This document shows, in pieces, positions 1 through 8,326 of a DNA stretch of 31,065 nucleotides. Location of the stretch: the IMG/VR virus record IMGVR_UViG_3300044820_000053, positions 1-31,065 of that record, one strand, 5' to 3'. Numbering within the stretch: the first letter of the stretch is position 1; each line of letters opens with the position of its first letter. The notes under the pieces are model-generated. The model was not told the origin of the DNA and did no database searches. It was given only the letters and a program-made list of their open reading frames with translations. The stretch comes from a virus. Lineage: Duplodnaviria > Caudoviricetes. Made by a program: the position numbers and the translations under genes.

Positions 1-275
1 TAGGCAGTGCTGTCCAGTGGGTTCGCGCCATCGGTGAATGTGTCGTATAGCGCTAGCACCGATACAACCGGCCGCCCGCGCAGGGCGAGCATCTTCATGC
101 CACCGTCGAGATAATCGGTCTGCTGTGTCGGCTCGAAGCGCTTTTGCGTGTAGTCGCAGATCGCTTCGCTGATGTCGTCAATGGCCATCTGCAGCCTGGC
201 AATCGACACCGCATCAAGATCAGCCTGGGCGACACCGAGATAGGTGCAGACGGTGGTGAGGTCCACAAGTGCCAT
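1..275 (-). CDS. Head-tail connector/adaptor protein (gp6/gp15-like); 3' end runs off the window
   Basis: Not in the ORF track. ATG at 275 after GAAGGGATAAGGC reads MALVDLTTVCTYLGV...AIDDISEAICDYTQKRF...DYLDGG...LRGRPVVSV, open to position 1. Motif and position after the capsid genes fit a connector. Confidence 0.75.
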   Translation of the reverse strand, partial: MALVDLTTVCTYLGVAQADLDAVSIARLQMAIDDISEAICDYTQKRFEPTQQTDYLDGGMKMLALRGRPVVSVLALYDTFTDGANPLDSTA

Positions 276-279
276 TGCC

Positions 280-513
280 TTATCCCTTCTTCACGCCGGG
301 TCCGAACGGCTTGCGCCGCACGTCACCACCCCGGTCCGCCTGGGTCGGGCCGCCGGATTGCTTGTCCAAGGGGTTTGCCTCAGTGATGTACCGGGCAGCG
401 TTGCGGTTTTCGACCAGGTCGTGCGCGTCGTGATCTTCGACCGTGATGCGGTCACACGCCTGATAGATGTGTCGACCGTGGTGAGCCACGCCCGTAAATT
501 CGATAGTCTTCAT
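280..513 (-). CDS. Small head-module protein (77 aa), function unknown
   Basis: Co-oriented ORF filling the gap between the decoration and connector genes; basic, flexible C-terminus. Confidence 0.7.
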   Translation of the reverse strand: MKTIEFTGVAHHGRHIYQACDRITVEDHDAHDLVENRNAARYITEANPLDKQSGGPTQADRGGDVRRKPFGPGVKKG

Positions 514-521
514 AAGCGCCG

Positions 522-557
522 ATGGCCGCCCAGCACCTCACAGCGCCGGGCGGCCAT
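522..557 (-). other. 15-bp RNA hairpin (with G-U pairs) in the late transcript
   Basis: Minus strand ATGGCCGCCCGGCGC-TGTGAG-GTGCTGGGCGGCCAT; the G-U pairs form only on the minus-strand RNA. Confidence 0.6.
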
Positions 558-578
558 TCCCTTCCAGATGTGAACCGA

Positions 579-1046
579 TCAGTTCGCGCGCGCGGTGCTC
601 GGCTGCTCGGCCGCGCCGAACAGGATCAACAGCACGTTGATGGTCGACGTATCCGTACCGCTCGCGGTCAGATCGGGCGTGATGTCCGAGGCGATGAAGC
701 CGCGGCAGCCTGCCAGATCATAATCGAGTTCCATCACGGTCAGGTTGTTCGTAACGGCGCCAGCGTCCATCTGCTTCGAGGTTACGCCCGAACCATAAGC
801 TGCCGCACCCGTGCCGCTGGTATCGGTGGCGTCCTTGAGTGCCGCAGTGACATTGAGCACTTTGGCCGCCGTGATGCTGGATTTCGCCATCAGGACGAGC
901 TTGGCGGAGCAGTAGCCACGCACATCGATATAGGAGCTGATGGCCTCGGTGTTGTCGCCGGTGCCGCCGGCGGTCAGAGAGATGACGGCAAGAGGGACGG
1001 CTTTGCAGAACGCGCCGCCGTCGTGAAAGCGGGAAGGTCCGCTCAT
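579..1046 (-). CDS. Putative capsid decoration/cement protein (155 aa)
   Basis: Directly follows the major capsid gene; Ala/Thr/Gly-rich, beta-strand pattern with IDVRGYxS motif; SD AAGGA upstream. Confidence 0.65.
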   Translation of the reverse strand: MSGPSRFHDGGAFCKAVPLAVISLTAGGTGDNTEAISSYIDVRGYCSAKLVLMAKSSITAAKVLNVTAALKDATDTSGTGAAAYGSGVTSKQMDAGAVTNNLTVMELDYDLAGCRGFIASDITPDLTASGTDTSTINVLLILFGAAEQPSTARAN

Positions 1047-1083
1047 GTGTCGATTTCCTTTTCGGTGGAGGGTTGACGACGAC

Positions 1084-1109
1084 GGCGGCCGACAATCGCG
1101 CCGGCCGCC
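1084..1109 (-). other. GC-rich hairpin downstream of the capsid gene (mRNA stabiliser or pause site)
   Basis: GGCGGCCGGC-GCGATT-GTCGGCCGCC on the minus strand; no U-tract follows. Confidence 0.5.
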
Positions 1110-1128
1110 TCAATCGCGCATCAGACCG

Positions 1129-2349
1129 TCAATAGACGATCTTGTTCTGGTAGGCGACCGCCTCATCGTGACGGACGCCGATGTCGTGACGAGCGGTCAG
1201 CTTCACCACGGCCTCGCCGCGTTGGAACGCGGAAACGAGCGTGCCGGTGCTGTCCACATACGAAGCCTCGGTCGAATACTCGACCTCGATTGCGGACACC
1301 TCGCCGATCACGACGTCGGCCATGTTGGCGAAATACATCTCGGTCGTGTTGTTCACGGCACTGACCGTGAGGTTGATCGGGATGTTGTTCGTCACCGCCA
1401 CCGGGTAACCGCGGAGCTTCGGCAGCCCGTCGACCGTGGCCGAGTACACGTTGCCGGTGCGCAGCTCGGGGTAGATCGGGAAGCCGTTGGTGTTCAGCAA
1501 TTCGCGGAGGCTGATGAACGTGCGGTGTGCGATGATGTAGGCCGCTTCCATCAGCGCGATGTTGGCATTCGCCAGAAGGGTTTCCACGCCCTTCACATCC
1601 AAGAGGATGTTGGCGAAGTCGGTCGCGCTCGTTGCGGCGGAGCCCGACATGACGTTGGCTGGCAGCGTCCAGTTCTTGAGCCCCTTGGGGGTGTACTGGG
1701 TGCCGTCACCACGAATGAAGGCGGAGTCTTCGGCCTGCGCCATGCCGCGGGTTGCGTCACGGGTCAGGGTTTCGTCCACCGACACCGCAGCGGTCAACAG
1801 CAATTCCTTGCTGATGGCGACGGTGGTGTCGAGGATGCGGTGGGTCAGCTTAACGTCGCCAGTCTTGACGTCGGACGCCTTGCGCGTCGTGGACTCGCCG
1901 CGATAGCCCGCCGTGGCGCCGCCCGTGATTTTCGGGACAGACAGATTGCCGTTCGGCATCGGGTAGATGGTCGGGTTGAGGCGGCGGACCGCCGACAACG
2001 GGCGCAGGTACTCGATGACCTCGGTGGAGAGGTCTTCCGGCACGAAGGCGGCGCCGCCCGCTTCGGCCGCGGTGGTGAGCGCCTTCGAGATGAAGTCGTC
2101 TTCGAGGGTCCTCTTGGCGAAGGCTGCGGCCTTCTCCAGATCGCCCTTGCCGACAGCGACGGAACGGACATAGCGCCCGAACTGGATGCGTTTCTGCCGG
2201 GGCGTGCGTTCCGGCTGCTTATGATAGTCGCCCGACAGCAACTTCTCCTGGAAATCGGTGAAGCGCTTGGTGAACAGCGGTTCGACATTGTCCTTCACCG
2301 ACTTCGAGACGCTCTCATCGATGAGTTTCTGCAGTTCTTCGCGGGTCAT
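1129..2349 (-). CDS. Major capsid protein, HK97 family (406 aa) with N-terminal delta/scaffold domain
   Basis: GGAAFVPEDLSTEVIEYLR, VPKITGG, EDSAFIRGDGTQYTPKGL and LRGYPVAVTNNIP motifs; probable maturation site FISK|ALTT at about aa 89/90. Confidence 0.95.
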   Translation of the reverse strand: MTREELQKLIDESVSKSVKDNVEPLFTKRFTDFQEKLLSGDYHKQPERTPRQKRIQFGRYVRSVAVGKGDLEKAAAFAKRTLEDDFISKALTTAAEAGGAAFVPEDLSTEVIEYLRPLSAVRRLNPTIYPMPNGNLSVPKITGGATAGYRGESTTRKASDVKTGDVKLTHRILDTTVAISKELLLTAAVSVDETLTRDATRGMAQAEDSAFIRGDGTQYTPKGLKNWTLPANVMSGSAATSATDFANILLDVKGVETLLANANIALMEAAYIIAHRTFISLRELLNTNGFPIYPELRTGNVYSATVDGLPKLRGYPVAVTNNIPINLTVSAVNNTTEMYFANMADVVIGEVSAIEVEYSTEASYVDSTGTLVSAFQRGEAVVKLTARHDIGVRHDEAVAYQNKIVY

Positions 2350-2400
2350 AAAGTGGTTCCTTTCACTAGGAGTCGGGGCACCCGCTGCCCCTGTTGGTGG

Positions 2401-4266
2401 TCAGTCGATCTTGCCTTGGCCACGGCGGATCACGGCGGTCACGGCTTTGCTTGCGGAATCAGCGATCATCTCAGCCACGTCGGCCGCGGAGATGCCGTCC
2501 AGGATGTCGGACGAAGATGCGCGCTTCGTCTCCTCGATCTCGATGATGTGCTCGCCGTCCGCCTTAACCGGCGCCGGCGCGACGGCGCGCGCATCCAATT
2601 CTTCGCGGACAATCTTGCGCAACAGCTCCTCGAGCCCGCGTGTCGGGATCGCTTCGTCGGATGGCTGTTGCGGAGGGTTGGGATTGGCGGGCTGTTCTTT
2701 AGGCTTGCCGATGGACTGCGGATCCGGGTCATGGTTGTGCGCCTCGGCATCCCCGATTGTCACCGTGCCGTCTTCACCCCAGGTGACGCCGTGCATATGG
2801 GGTGGGTCGCCCGCCTCTTCGGTCTGGGTGTCGCCCTTGCCATATGCGTGTTCGTGGCTGTCAGGTCCGCCCTGCGTCTGGAACGTCTTGCCCGCATCGA
2901 CGTCGATCACGTCGTCTTCATCGGCCAGAGGGTCTTCGTCGTTGTCGGGATCGAGCGGAGCTTCCGGCGCATTCTCGTCCGCGCCTTCGTTTAGCGGCTC
3001 CATCTTCTCGGGGCCGAGTTCGAGCAAGCCGGTGTAGGGCGAGATTTCGGCAGGGTCGAGTTCGCCCCGATCGTATGTCAGCGTGACGTGCGGCTTGAAG
3101 TCCGCATAGTCCCACGACGCGCCGGCGGACCGGATTTCCTGATGACGGGCGGCCAGGCCATCGTGACCGAAACTCATCACCACCGCGCCCTTTTCACCCA
3201 GCGTGTGGCAGGCGAACGTCGCGCCTTCGATCTTGAGCGAGCTCTGGTCGGGCGTGATGGTCGACCAATCGACGGGATCGCGCGAATATGCCAGCGTGAC
3301 GTGCATGTCCTCGGGCTTGAGGGCCGACTTGAAGCCCTGATCCTTCATCCACTTGTGTATGTCAGCCGCGTTGTTAACGCAGCGGCTCATGTAGAGCGGG
3401 CGCGCATCGCCCGGGGCCTTCACCGGCGGCTGTTTCTTCTGCGCGGACCACAAGCCCTTGTCGCTTTTCGTCCATTCCAGGTCCGGCATCATGTCGAAAA
3501 CGACGGTGTCGCCTGCCTTCGCGCTCGGGTGACGGCGGTCGAGTTCGCCACGGACCAGATTGAAGATCGCCATTTCGGCTTTCCCGACTGGCGCGACATG
3601 GTGGACGATCGGGCTCTCGCCCTTGGCCGCGCGATAGAGCCGACGCAGGAACGCCTTTTCGGCCTCGCTGTGGGTGCTGTCCTCGAGCTGCTTGGCGCAC
3701 CATCCGATCATCGGCGCCGTGTCGATGCCCGAAGCCTTCGCGCGCGCGAGTGCCTGCGGGTTCGACGGCACGCCGACGTTTGACCATTCGAGCAACTCTT
3801 GCGAGCTGTAATCGACGCCCCAGTCCGTTTCGCTGCCCGAGCGCATGACGTATTCGATCGGCTTGAAGCCGACAGAGGCCGCATTGAGGAATCGGCCGAC
3901 ATACATGCGGAAGATCATAAACCCGAACGGGTTGAGGTCTTGGGGGGTATAGATCGCCGTCGAGACGAGGAGGTCCCCATCCATGCGGGTGTTCTCGGCA
4001 CGCGCCACCGGCGGGACCCTCTGGTCGTGGGCCCACAATACGACAGGGTTTTGCAGGTAGGCGTCGAGCTTCCATCCGCGCGGGTTGATGGTGTCGTTGT
4101 CGCGATCAAGCATCGCCGACGAAATGACAAAATCGATCGAGAGGTTGGCCTCATCGATCGACTTCAGCTTGGGAGCGAACAGACCGCGCACGATCGCGCC
4201 CGCCGGCGCGTTCTGCTGTTTGGCAAGCCGCGCGAATGCGTCGGCAGCGAACACATTACCGCCCAT
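2401..4266 (-). CDS. HK97-type prohead protease fused to an Acb1-like 2H phosphoesterase, an HxH-repeat domain and a scaffold-like tail (621 aa)
   Basis: aa ~33-175: DRDNDTI, NPVVLWAH (H80), ASVGF (S131), ELLEWSNVGVPSNP, matching a prohead protease. aa ~289-427: two HxT motifs, MHVTLAYS (H322) and PHVTLTYD (H393). aa ~460-515: HEH/HMH/HNH. Confidence 0.9.
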   Translation of the reverse strand: MGGNVFAADAFARLAKQQNAPAGAIVRGLFAPKLKSIDEANLSIDFVISSAMLDRDNDTINPRGWKLDAYLQNPVVLWAHDQRVPPVARAENTRMDGDLLVSTAIYTPQDLNPFGFMIFRMYVGRFLNAASVGFKPIEYVMRSGSETDWGVDYSSQELLEWSNVGVPSNPQALARAKASGIDTAPMIGWCAKQLEDSTHSEAEKAFLRRLYRAAKGESPIVHHVAPVGKAEMAIFNLVRGELDRRHPSAKAGDTVVFDMMPDLEWTKSDKGLWSAQKKQPPVKAPGDARPLYMSRCVNNAADIHKWMKDQGFKSALKPEDMHVTLAYSRDPVDWSTITPDQSSLKIEGATFACHTLGEKGAVVMSFGHDGLAARHQEIRSAGASWDYADFKPHVTLTYDRGELDPAEISPYTGLLELGPEKMEPLNEGADENAPEAPLDPDNDEDPLADEDDVIDVDAGKTFQTQGGPDSHEHAYGKGDTQTEEAGDPPHMHGVTWGEDGTVTIGDAEAHNHDPDPQSIGKPKEQPANPNPPQQPSDEAIPTRGLEELLRKIVREELDARAVAPAPVKADGEHIIEIEETKRASSSDILDGISAADVAEMIADSASKAVTAVIRRGQGKID

Positions 4267-4289
4267 CGGTTTGGTCTCCTTGGCTTTGT

Positions 4290-6395
4290 TCAGGGCTTGA
4301 GGGCCGCACGTTTCAGGGCGGCAATGGCAGCGCGACGTTGAATGGCGAATGCGCCGCGAAGTTCGGCTGTGAGTTGGCGCTCGAACGGAGCCTTGCGGCG
4401 CTCCCGAGCCTTCCAGTGGGTGACCCGCTTCTGTTCGGTGTCGAAGTACGACTTGCCGTCATCCTCCTCACCCTGGCCCTTGCGGAACACGGGCACGATT
4501 CCGCACCGGCAGTTGCAGTCTTCGGCCGGGTCACCAAACTCGCCCGGGTACGCGGCGCGGGCGCCCGATACTGGATCCTCGAAGTCCTCGTCCACACCCA
4601 CGACCTGGCCGTCGAGCTGGACATGCGAGGCATATTTCGTATCGCGGACAAGATCGTCGCGTGTCGAAAGCCATTCCTTGGCCGGGATACCCGCCTGTTC
4701 GAAGCCGGTCTGGGTCGCGAAGTTGGCCGCGCGATTGGTTTCCGTGCCAGCGATCAGCTCTGCGCGGGAGTCGCTCGCCTCATCGAACACGTCCTTGATG
4801 GCAGCGATCATGTCGTCGGTCGTGCCACCGCCGTGCCACACTTCCGAAAGGGCATCACCGATCTGCCGGCGTGTCGTCTCGTTCACCTTGCCGGTCAGGC
4901 GGTCGGCGGCGAACCGCTCCAGGAAATTGCCGACAGCCGGATCGGTCAGGTCGAAGCTGATCCCCATGCCAATGTCATCGACCGCGGATGCGCCGAACTC
5001 AGCGATCAGCGCCTTCATGGTGTCCTTGCTCGCGCGGACCAGGGTGGCGGGGTCGACCGCATCCAGGATCGCGTCGAACTCGTGAGGCTTCGGCGTGTTG
5101 CCTTTCACGAAGGCCTTCTTCGCGCCCGGGTCCTTGGGGTCTTGCTCGGCCGGTACGCTGCCGTGTGTCTCGCCCAGGGCATCCATCGGCTTCTCGGCCG
5201 GTGTCATGGTGTAGGGCATCATAAAGACCTTGCCCTCGCCATTCGGCAGTTCATCGAAGCCTGCCTCCTCGCGGTGCTCATCGACCTTGAAGGCCCACGG
5301 GCGGGCGTTCATCGACGCGCGGCGGCCCTCCGCATCGGCCGGGACCGGGTCGACAAAGTGCAGCCGCAACCGTTCATCGAAGTCCGGCACATACGACTTT
5401 TGCAGCGTCTCCCGCGCGCCCACACATAGCGGCCTGATGACCTCCTTGGTGAAGAGGTAATCGGCGCTGTCGATGGTGGCGCGGTTCGAGTTGGCGAGGA
5501 TGCCGACCATTTCGGGCGGGACGCCATAGGTGGTGACGATGATGTGCTCTTCGAGTTCGCGCAAGTCCTTGAACTGCATCTCGCGCATCGTGGCGCTGAG
5601 CTCCTTGACGGTCAAAGAACCGCTGGAAAACAAGGGTTTTCCGGCTCCCTTCACACCGCTGAACTTCTCGACCCACACTTCTTCAAGGCGCTTGCGTTCC
5701 GTGTCGAGAAGCGGCTGCTCGTCAGAGCCGGTCACAATGATGTCCGGTCGGGCGTTGTTCATAAAATAGTTGGCGGCATATCGGGCGGCCAACTCATCCG
5801 CGTTCAGTTCATCTTCCAGCGCCATCGCGGCGCCAGACCCGCGGTCGTAAGGATAGAGCGGATCGATGTCGCGGTGTGTCACCACTTCTGTCCGGTAGAC
5901 CTGGCCGACGAAGCCAGTCTGCGGGATGACCACATGATAAAACGGCCGGTTGGGCCGCGGCAGCGCCATGATCCAGTTGGGGACGAGCGGGACCAGCGCG
6001 ATCGGCGTCCCGAAGATATTGCGCTCCTTGGCAAAGTGCCACTCGCCAACGATCAGGTAGTGCAGCCACAAGGTCTTCATCACCTCGAAGCCGGACATGA
6101 TGTCGTTGCCCGCGTGCAGCGAATTGATGAGCGGATGGTCCTCGATCTTCTGGACGCCGGCAGTGGTCTTCGCCTCGACATACCATTCGATCTTCGCCAT
6201 CGCGGCGGCGATCTTCGACACCACCATGCGCAGGCGCGGCATCTGCGAATAGGCGAGCAAAAACTCCTTGGTGCCACGCTTCGGCGGAACGCGGCGAATG
6301 CTGGACAGCAGCTCGAGCTGCGACAGCTTCGTGCGGATCGATTGCCCGCCGATCACTCGCGCGGCTTGCGCGCGCATATCCGTCCACCAGCTCAC
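4290..6395 (-). CDS. Portal protein (HK97 family) fused to a MuF/SPP1 gp7-like minor head protein domain (~701 aa)
   Basis: GTG at 6395 overlaps the terL stop (GTGA) with AAGGAG SD. Portal motifs NYFMNNARPD, EMQFKDLR, YGVPPEMVG, SNRAT. C-terminal KEWLSTRD...H...DGQ...YPG...NCRC is the MuF signature. Confidence 0.9.
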   Translation of the reverse strand: MSWWTDMRAQAARVIGGQSIRTKLSQLELLSSIRRVPPKRGTKEFLLAYSQMPRLRMVVSKIAAAMAKIEWYVEAKTTAGVQKIEDHPLINSLHAGNDIMSGFEVMKTLWLHYLIVGEWHFAKERNIFGTPIALVPLVPNWIMALPRPNRPFYHVVIPQTGFVGQVYRTEVVTHRDIDPLYPYDRGSGAAMALEDELNADELAARYAANYFMNNARPDIIVTGSDEQPLLDTERKRLEEVWVEKFSGVKGAGKPLFSSGSLTVKELSATMREMQFKDLRELEEHIIVTTYGVPPEMVGILANSNRATIDSADYLFTKEVIRPLCVGARETLQKSYVPDFDERLRLHFVDPVPADAEGRRASMNARPWAFKVDEHREEAGFDELPNGEGKVFMMPYTMTPAEKPMDALGETHGSVPAEQDPKDPGAKKAFVKGNTPKPHEFDAILDAVDPATLVRASKDTMKALIAEFGASAVDDIGMGISFDLTDPAVGNFLERFAADRLTGKVNETTRRQIGDALSEVWHGGGTTDDMIAAIKDVFDEASDSRAELIAGTETNRAANFATQTGFEQAGIPAKEWLSTRDDLVRDTKYASHVQLDGQVVGVDEDFEDPVSGARAAYPGEFGDPAEDCNCRCGIVPVFRKGQGEEDDGKSYFDTEQKRVTHWKARERRKAPFERQLTAELRGAFAIQRRAAIAALKRAALKP

Positions 6396-7729
6396 GAGAA
6401 GCTCCTTGTCCGTTCGAGCCTCAGCTCTGTCAGCGCCCACACGAGGGCGTCGGCACGGTTCGGGGATCGGTCGCCCACATAACCGGCCACGGTGAAGTTG
6501 CAGAGTTCGTCTTCCAACTCGGGGAACCCCTGCAGGTGCTTGACGCGGCCTTGCTCGTAGAGCGCGGCGATCGGCTCGGCCCGCACCACCTTGCCTCGCG
6601 ACGCGGTGACAGAGCGGTATGGTGCCGTGCATCCTGCCGTCAGGATGACATGCTCGACCATCGCGCCGCCGAAGTTCTCCTCACCCACCACCCTATCGGC
6701 ATTGAAGAAAGCCGCGGCGTCTGCTGCGCGCTTGCCCCACCCGGCCGGAGAGAGCGAACAGGTGTAGTCCGCGATGACGTAACCCTTGTCGTCAGTCCCG
6801 CGACCCGCAACGACGATGCCAACGTCGTCTCGATTGTCCCCGCCTTTGGTGCCGGACGGATCGACCGCCACGACGACGCGCTGCATCTGGACGATGTTGG
6901 ACCGCTGCTCGGGCGTTAGCAGGGCTTGGTTGAGCATCGCGCGGGTCCACAGCGCGCCCTCGACATCTTCGAGGATTTCGGCGTTCAACTCCTGGCGGCC
7001 GAGCCGTGTGCCTTCGTACCGCCGGATGATTTCAGTGAAGAAGACCGGCGCCAGATTGATCCGGTTGTCGTAGGTGGTGCCGAAGGTGCGGACTGTGTCG
7101 GTGCGGGCCAGGATCGACTTCAAGAGCGGAATCGGCCGGGGCGTCGTGGTGATGATCTGCTGCGGCCGCTGCCCGAGGCGAAGGCCGAACTGCAGGTTAT
7201 CCCATGTCTCGTCAGGATAGCTCCATTTGCAGACCTCATCGGCCCATGCCGTGTCATGCTGCGGCCCGCGCAGCGTGTCCGGTTCCTCGGCCGAGTAGAG
7301 CGTGGCGATTGCGCCGTTGGGCCAGGTCAGGCGCCGCTTCGACGGCTCAAAGTGCGGCTTGTTCCAAGGCGGTGAGACAGCGAGCAGCCCGCTTTCGCCT
7401 TCGACCATGACGTCGCGGGCGTCGGCGGCGGTGGATGCCACAAGGGCAACGCGGCGAGAGATGCGATGCTCGACGCGATCCCTGATCCACTCGGCGCCGG
7501 TGCGCGTCTTACCCGTGCCGCGGCCGCCGAGGTAAATCCAGGATGTCCAGTCGCCTTCTGGCGCTACCTGTTCGGGCCGCGCCCAGGCGAGCCAATGATA
7601 GAGGATGGTTGCAGCTTCACGCGGGCTCAGCAGCATTATTGCCGCCATCCGATCCTCGGCGCTGAGCCCTTCGATCGATGATAGCAGCGAGTTTAGCCGT
7701 TGCGTCTGCAATTTCGACGGGTGCGCCAT
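6392..7729 (-). CDS. terL: Terminase large subunit
   Basis: Walker A GGRGTGKT, LRGPQHDTAWADE Walker B, ITTTP, nuclease motifs VVAVDPS and DALVWA. The start is uncertain (7735, 7729 or 7648). Confidence 0.95.
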   Translation of the reverse strand: MAHPSKLQTQRLNSLLSSIEGLSAEDRMAAIMLLSPREAATILYHWLAWARPEQVAPEGDWTSWIYLGGRGTGKTRTGAEWIRDRVEHRISRRVALVASTAADARDVMVEGESGLLAVSPPWNKPHFEPSKRRLTWPNGAIATLYSAEEPDTLRGPQHDTAWADEVCKWSYPDETWDNLQFGLRLGQRPQQIITTTPRPIPLLKSILARTDTVRTFGTTYDNRINLAPVFFTEIIRRYEGTRLGRQELNAEILEDVEGALWTRAMLNQALLTPEQRSNIVQMQRVVVAVDPSGTKGGDNRDDVGIVVAGRGTDDKGYVIADYTCSLSPAGWGKRAADAAAFFNADRVVGEENFGGAMVEHVILTAGCTAPYRSVTASRGKVVRAEPIAALYEQGRVKHLQGFPELEDELCNFTVAGYVGDRSPNRADALVWALTELRLERTRSFS

Positions 7730-8129
7730 TCTCACCTGTGAGTTCCAGGCGCTCGGACCACCCGAGGTTCTTGCCGCGCGTCTTCATAATGAAGCAGCAA
7801 GCGGCAACGTCGGGCACGACTTCGGCACGGAGCTGCTTGCCGTCTTTGTCGTACTGGGCGGGCGCTCCGACCGCCATGCGCCCAAGCGAACGAACAACGG
7901 CCGAAATGAAATCCATCTGCGCAAATTCGAGCTGGGCCGCGAAGTGCTTGCGCAACGTCTTCTCGCTGACGCCGATGCGCCTTGCGATGTCCACCTCGCC
8001 GTATCCGCACTCGACATAGGCGCGGACCATGCCGCGCTGTTCATCGGTGGGCTCAAAACGAGGACGCCCGCGTTGGCGTTTAGCCTGCGGGCTTGTCGGT
8101 TCCTGATTGTCCTGCATCGGTGTGCTCAC
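7617..8129 (-). CDS. terS: Terminase small subunit (HTH)
   Basis: GRPRFEPTDEQR...DIARRIGVSEKTLRKHF HTH, ACCFIMKTRG..GWSE and ELTGENGAPV motifs; lies directly upstream of terL. Confidence 0.85.
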   Translation of the reverse strand: MSTPMQDNQEPTSPQAKRQRGRPRFEPTDEQRGMVRAYVECGYGEVDIARRIGVSEKTLRKHFAAQLEFAQMDFISAVVRSLGRMAVGAPAQYDKDGKQLRAEVVPDVAACCFIMKTRGKNLGWSERLELTGENGAPVEIADATAKLAAIIDRRAQRRGSDGGNNAAEPA

Positions 8130-8316
8130 GGATCGTCACCGTTCCGGTTTTGACCTCGATGGTCTTCAGCCTTTTGCCATCGGCGTCCACCTGCCAGCAC
8201 CACACACGCCCGCTCGGCGCGTCAGCCGCAACGAACAACTCCCTCGGGATCACGGTGTCGAATACCAGCACGTCATGGGTGGCACATTCGGCATCGGCAA
8301 GGGTGAGCTGGTCCAT
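8080..8316 (-). CDS. Hypothetical protein (78 aa)
   Basis: ATG at 8316 with GAGG SD, just after the sRNA terminator. The track start at 8376 lies inside the sRNA and was not used. Confidence 0.55.
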   Translation of the reverse strand: MDQLTLADAECATHDVLVFDTVIPRELFVAADAPSGRVWCWQVDADGKRLKTIEVKTGTVTIREHTDAGQSGTDKPAG

Positions 8317-8326
8317 GTTGACCTCG

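Noticed and set aside
1045-2994. 649-aa plus-strand ORF and other long antisense ORFs (e.g. 4236-5429, 5544-6482, 24254-25084)
   Set aside because: Shadow frames of well-supported genes in GC-rich DNA; no motifs and no SD.
6396-6632. N-terminal 79 aa of the 780-aa portal ORF in the track
   Set aside because: Lies inside terL; GTG 6395 has an AAGGAG SD and a GTGA overlap.
1129-7735. Gene transfer agent cluster
   Set aside because: TerL looks GTA-like, but linked cI/cro, operators, replication origin and recombination genes indicate a true temperate phage.
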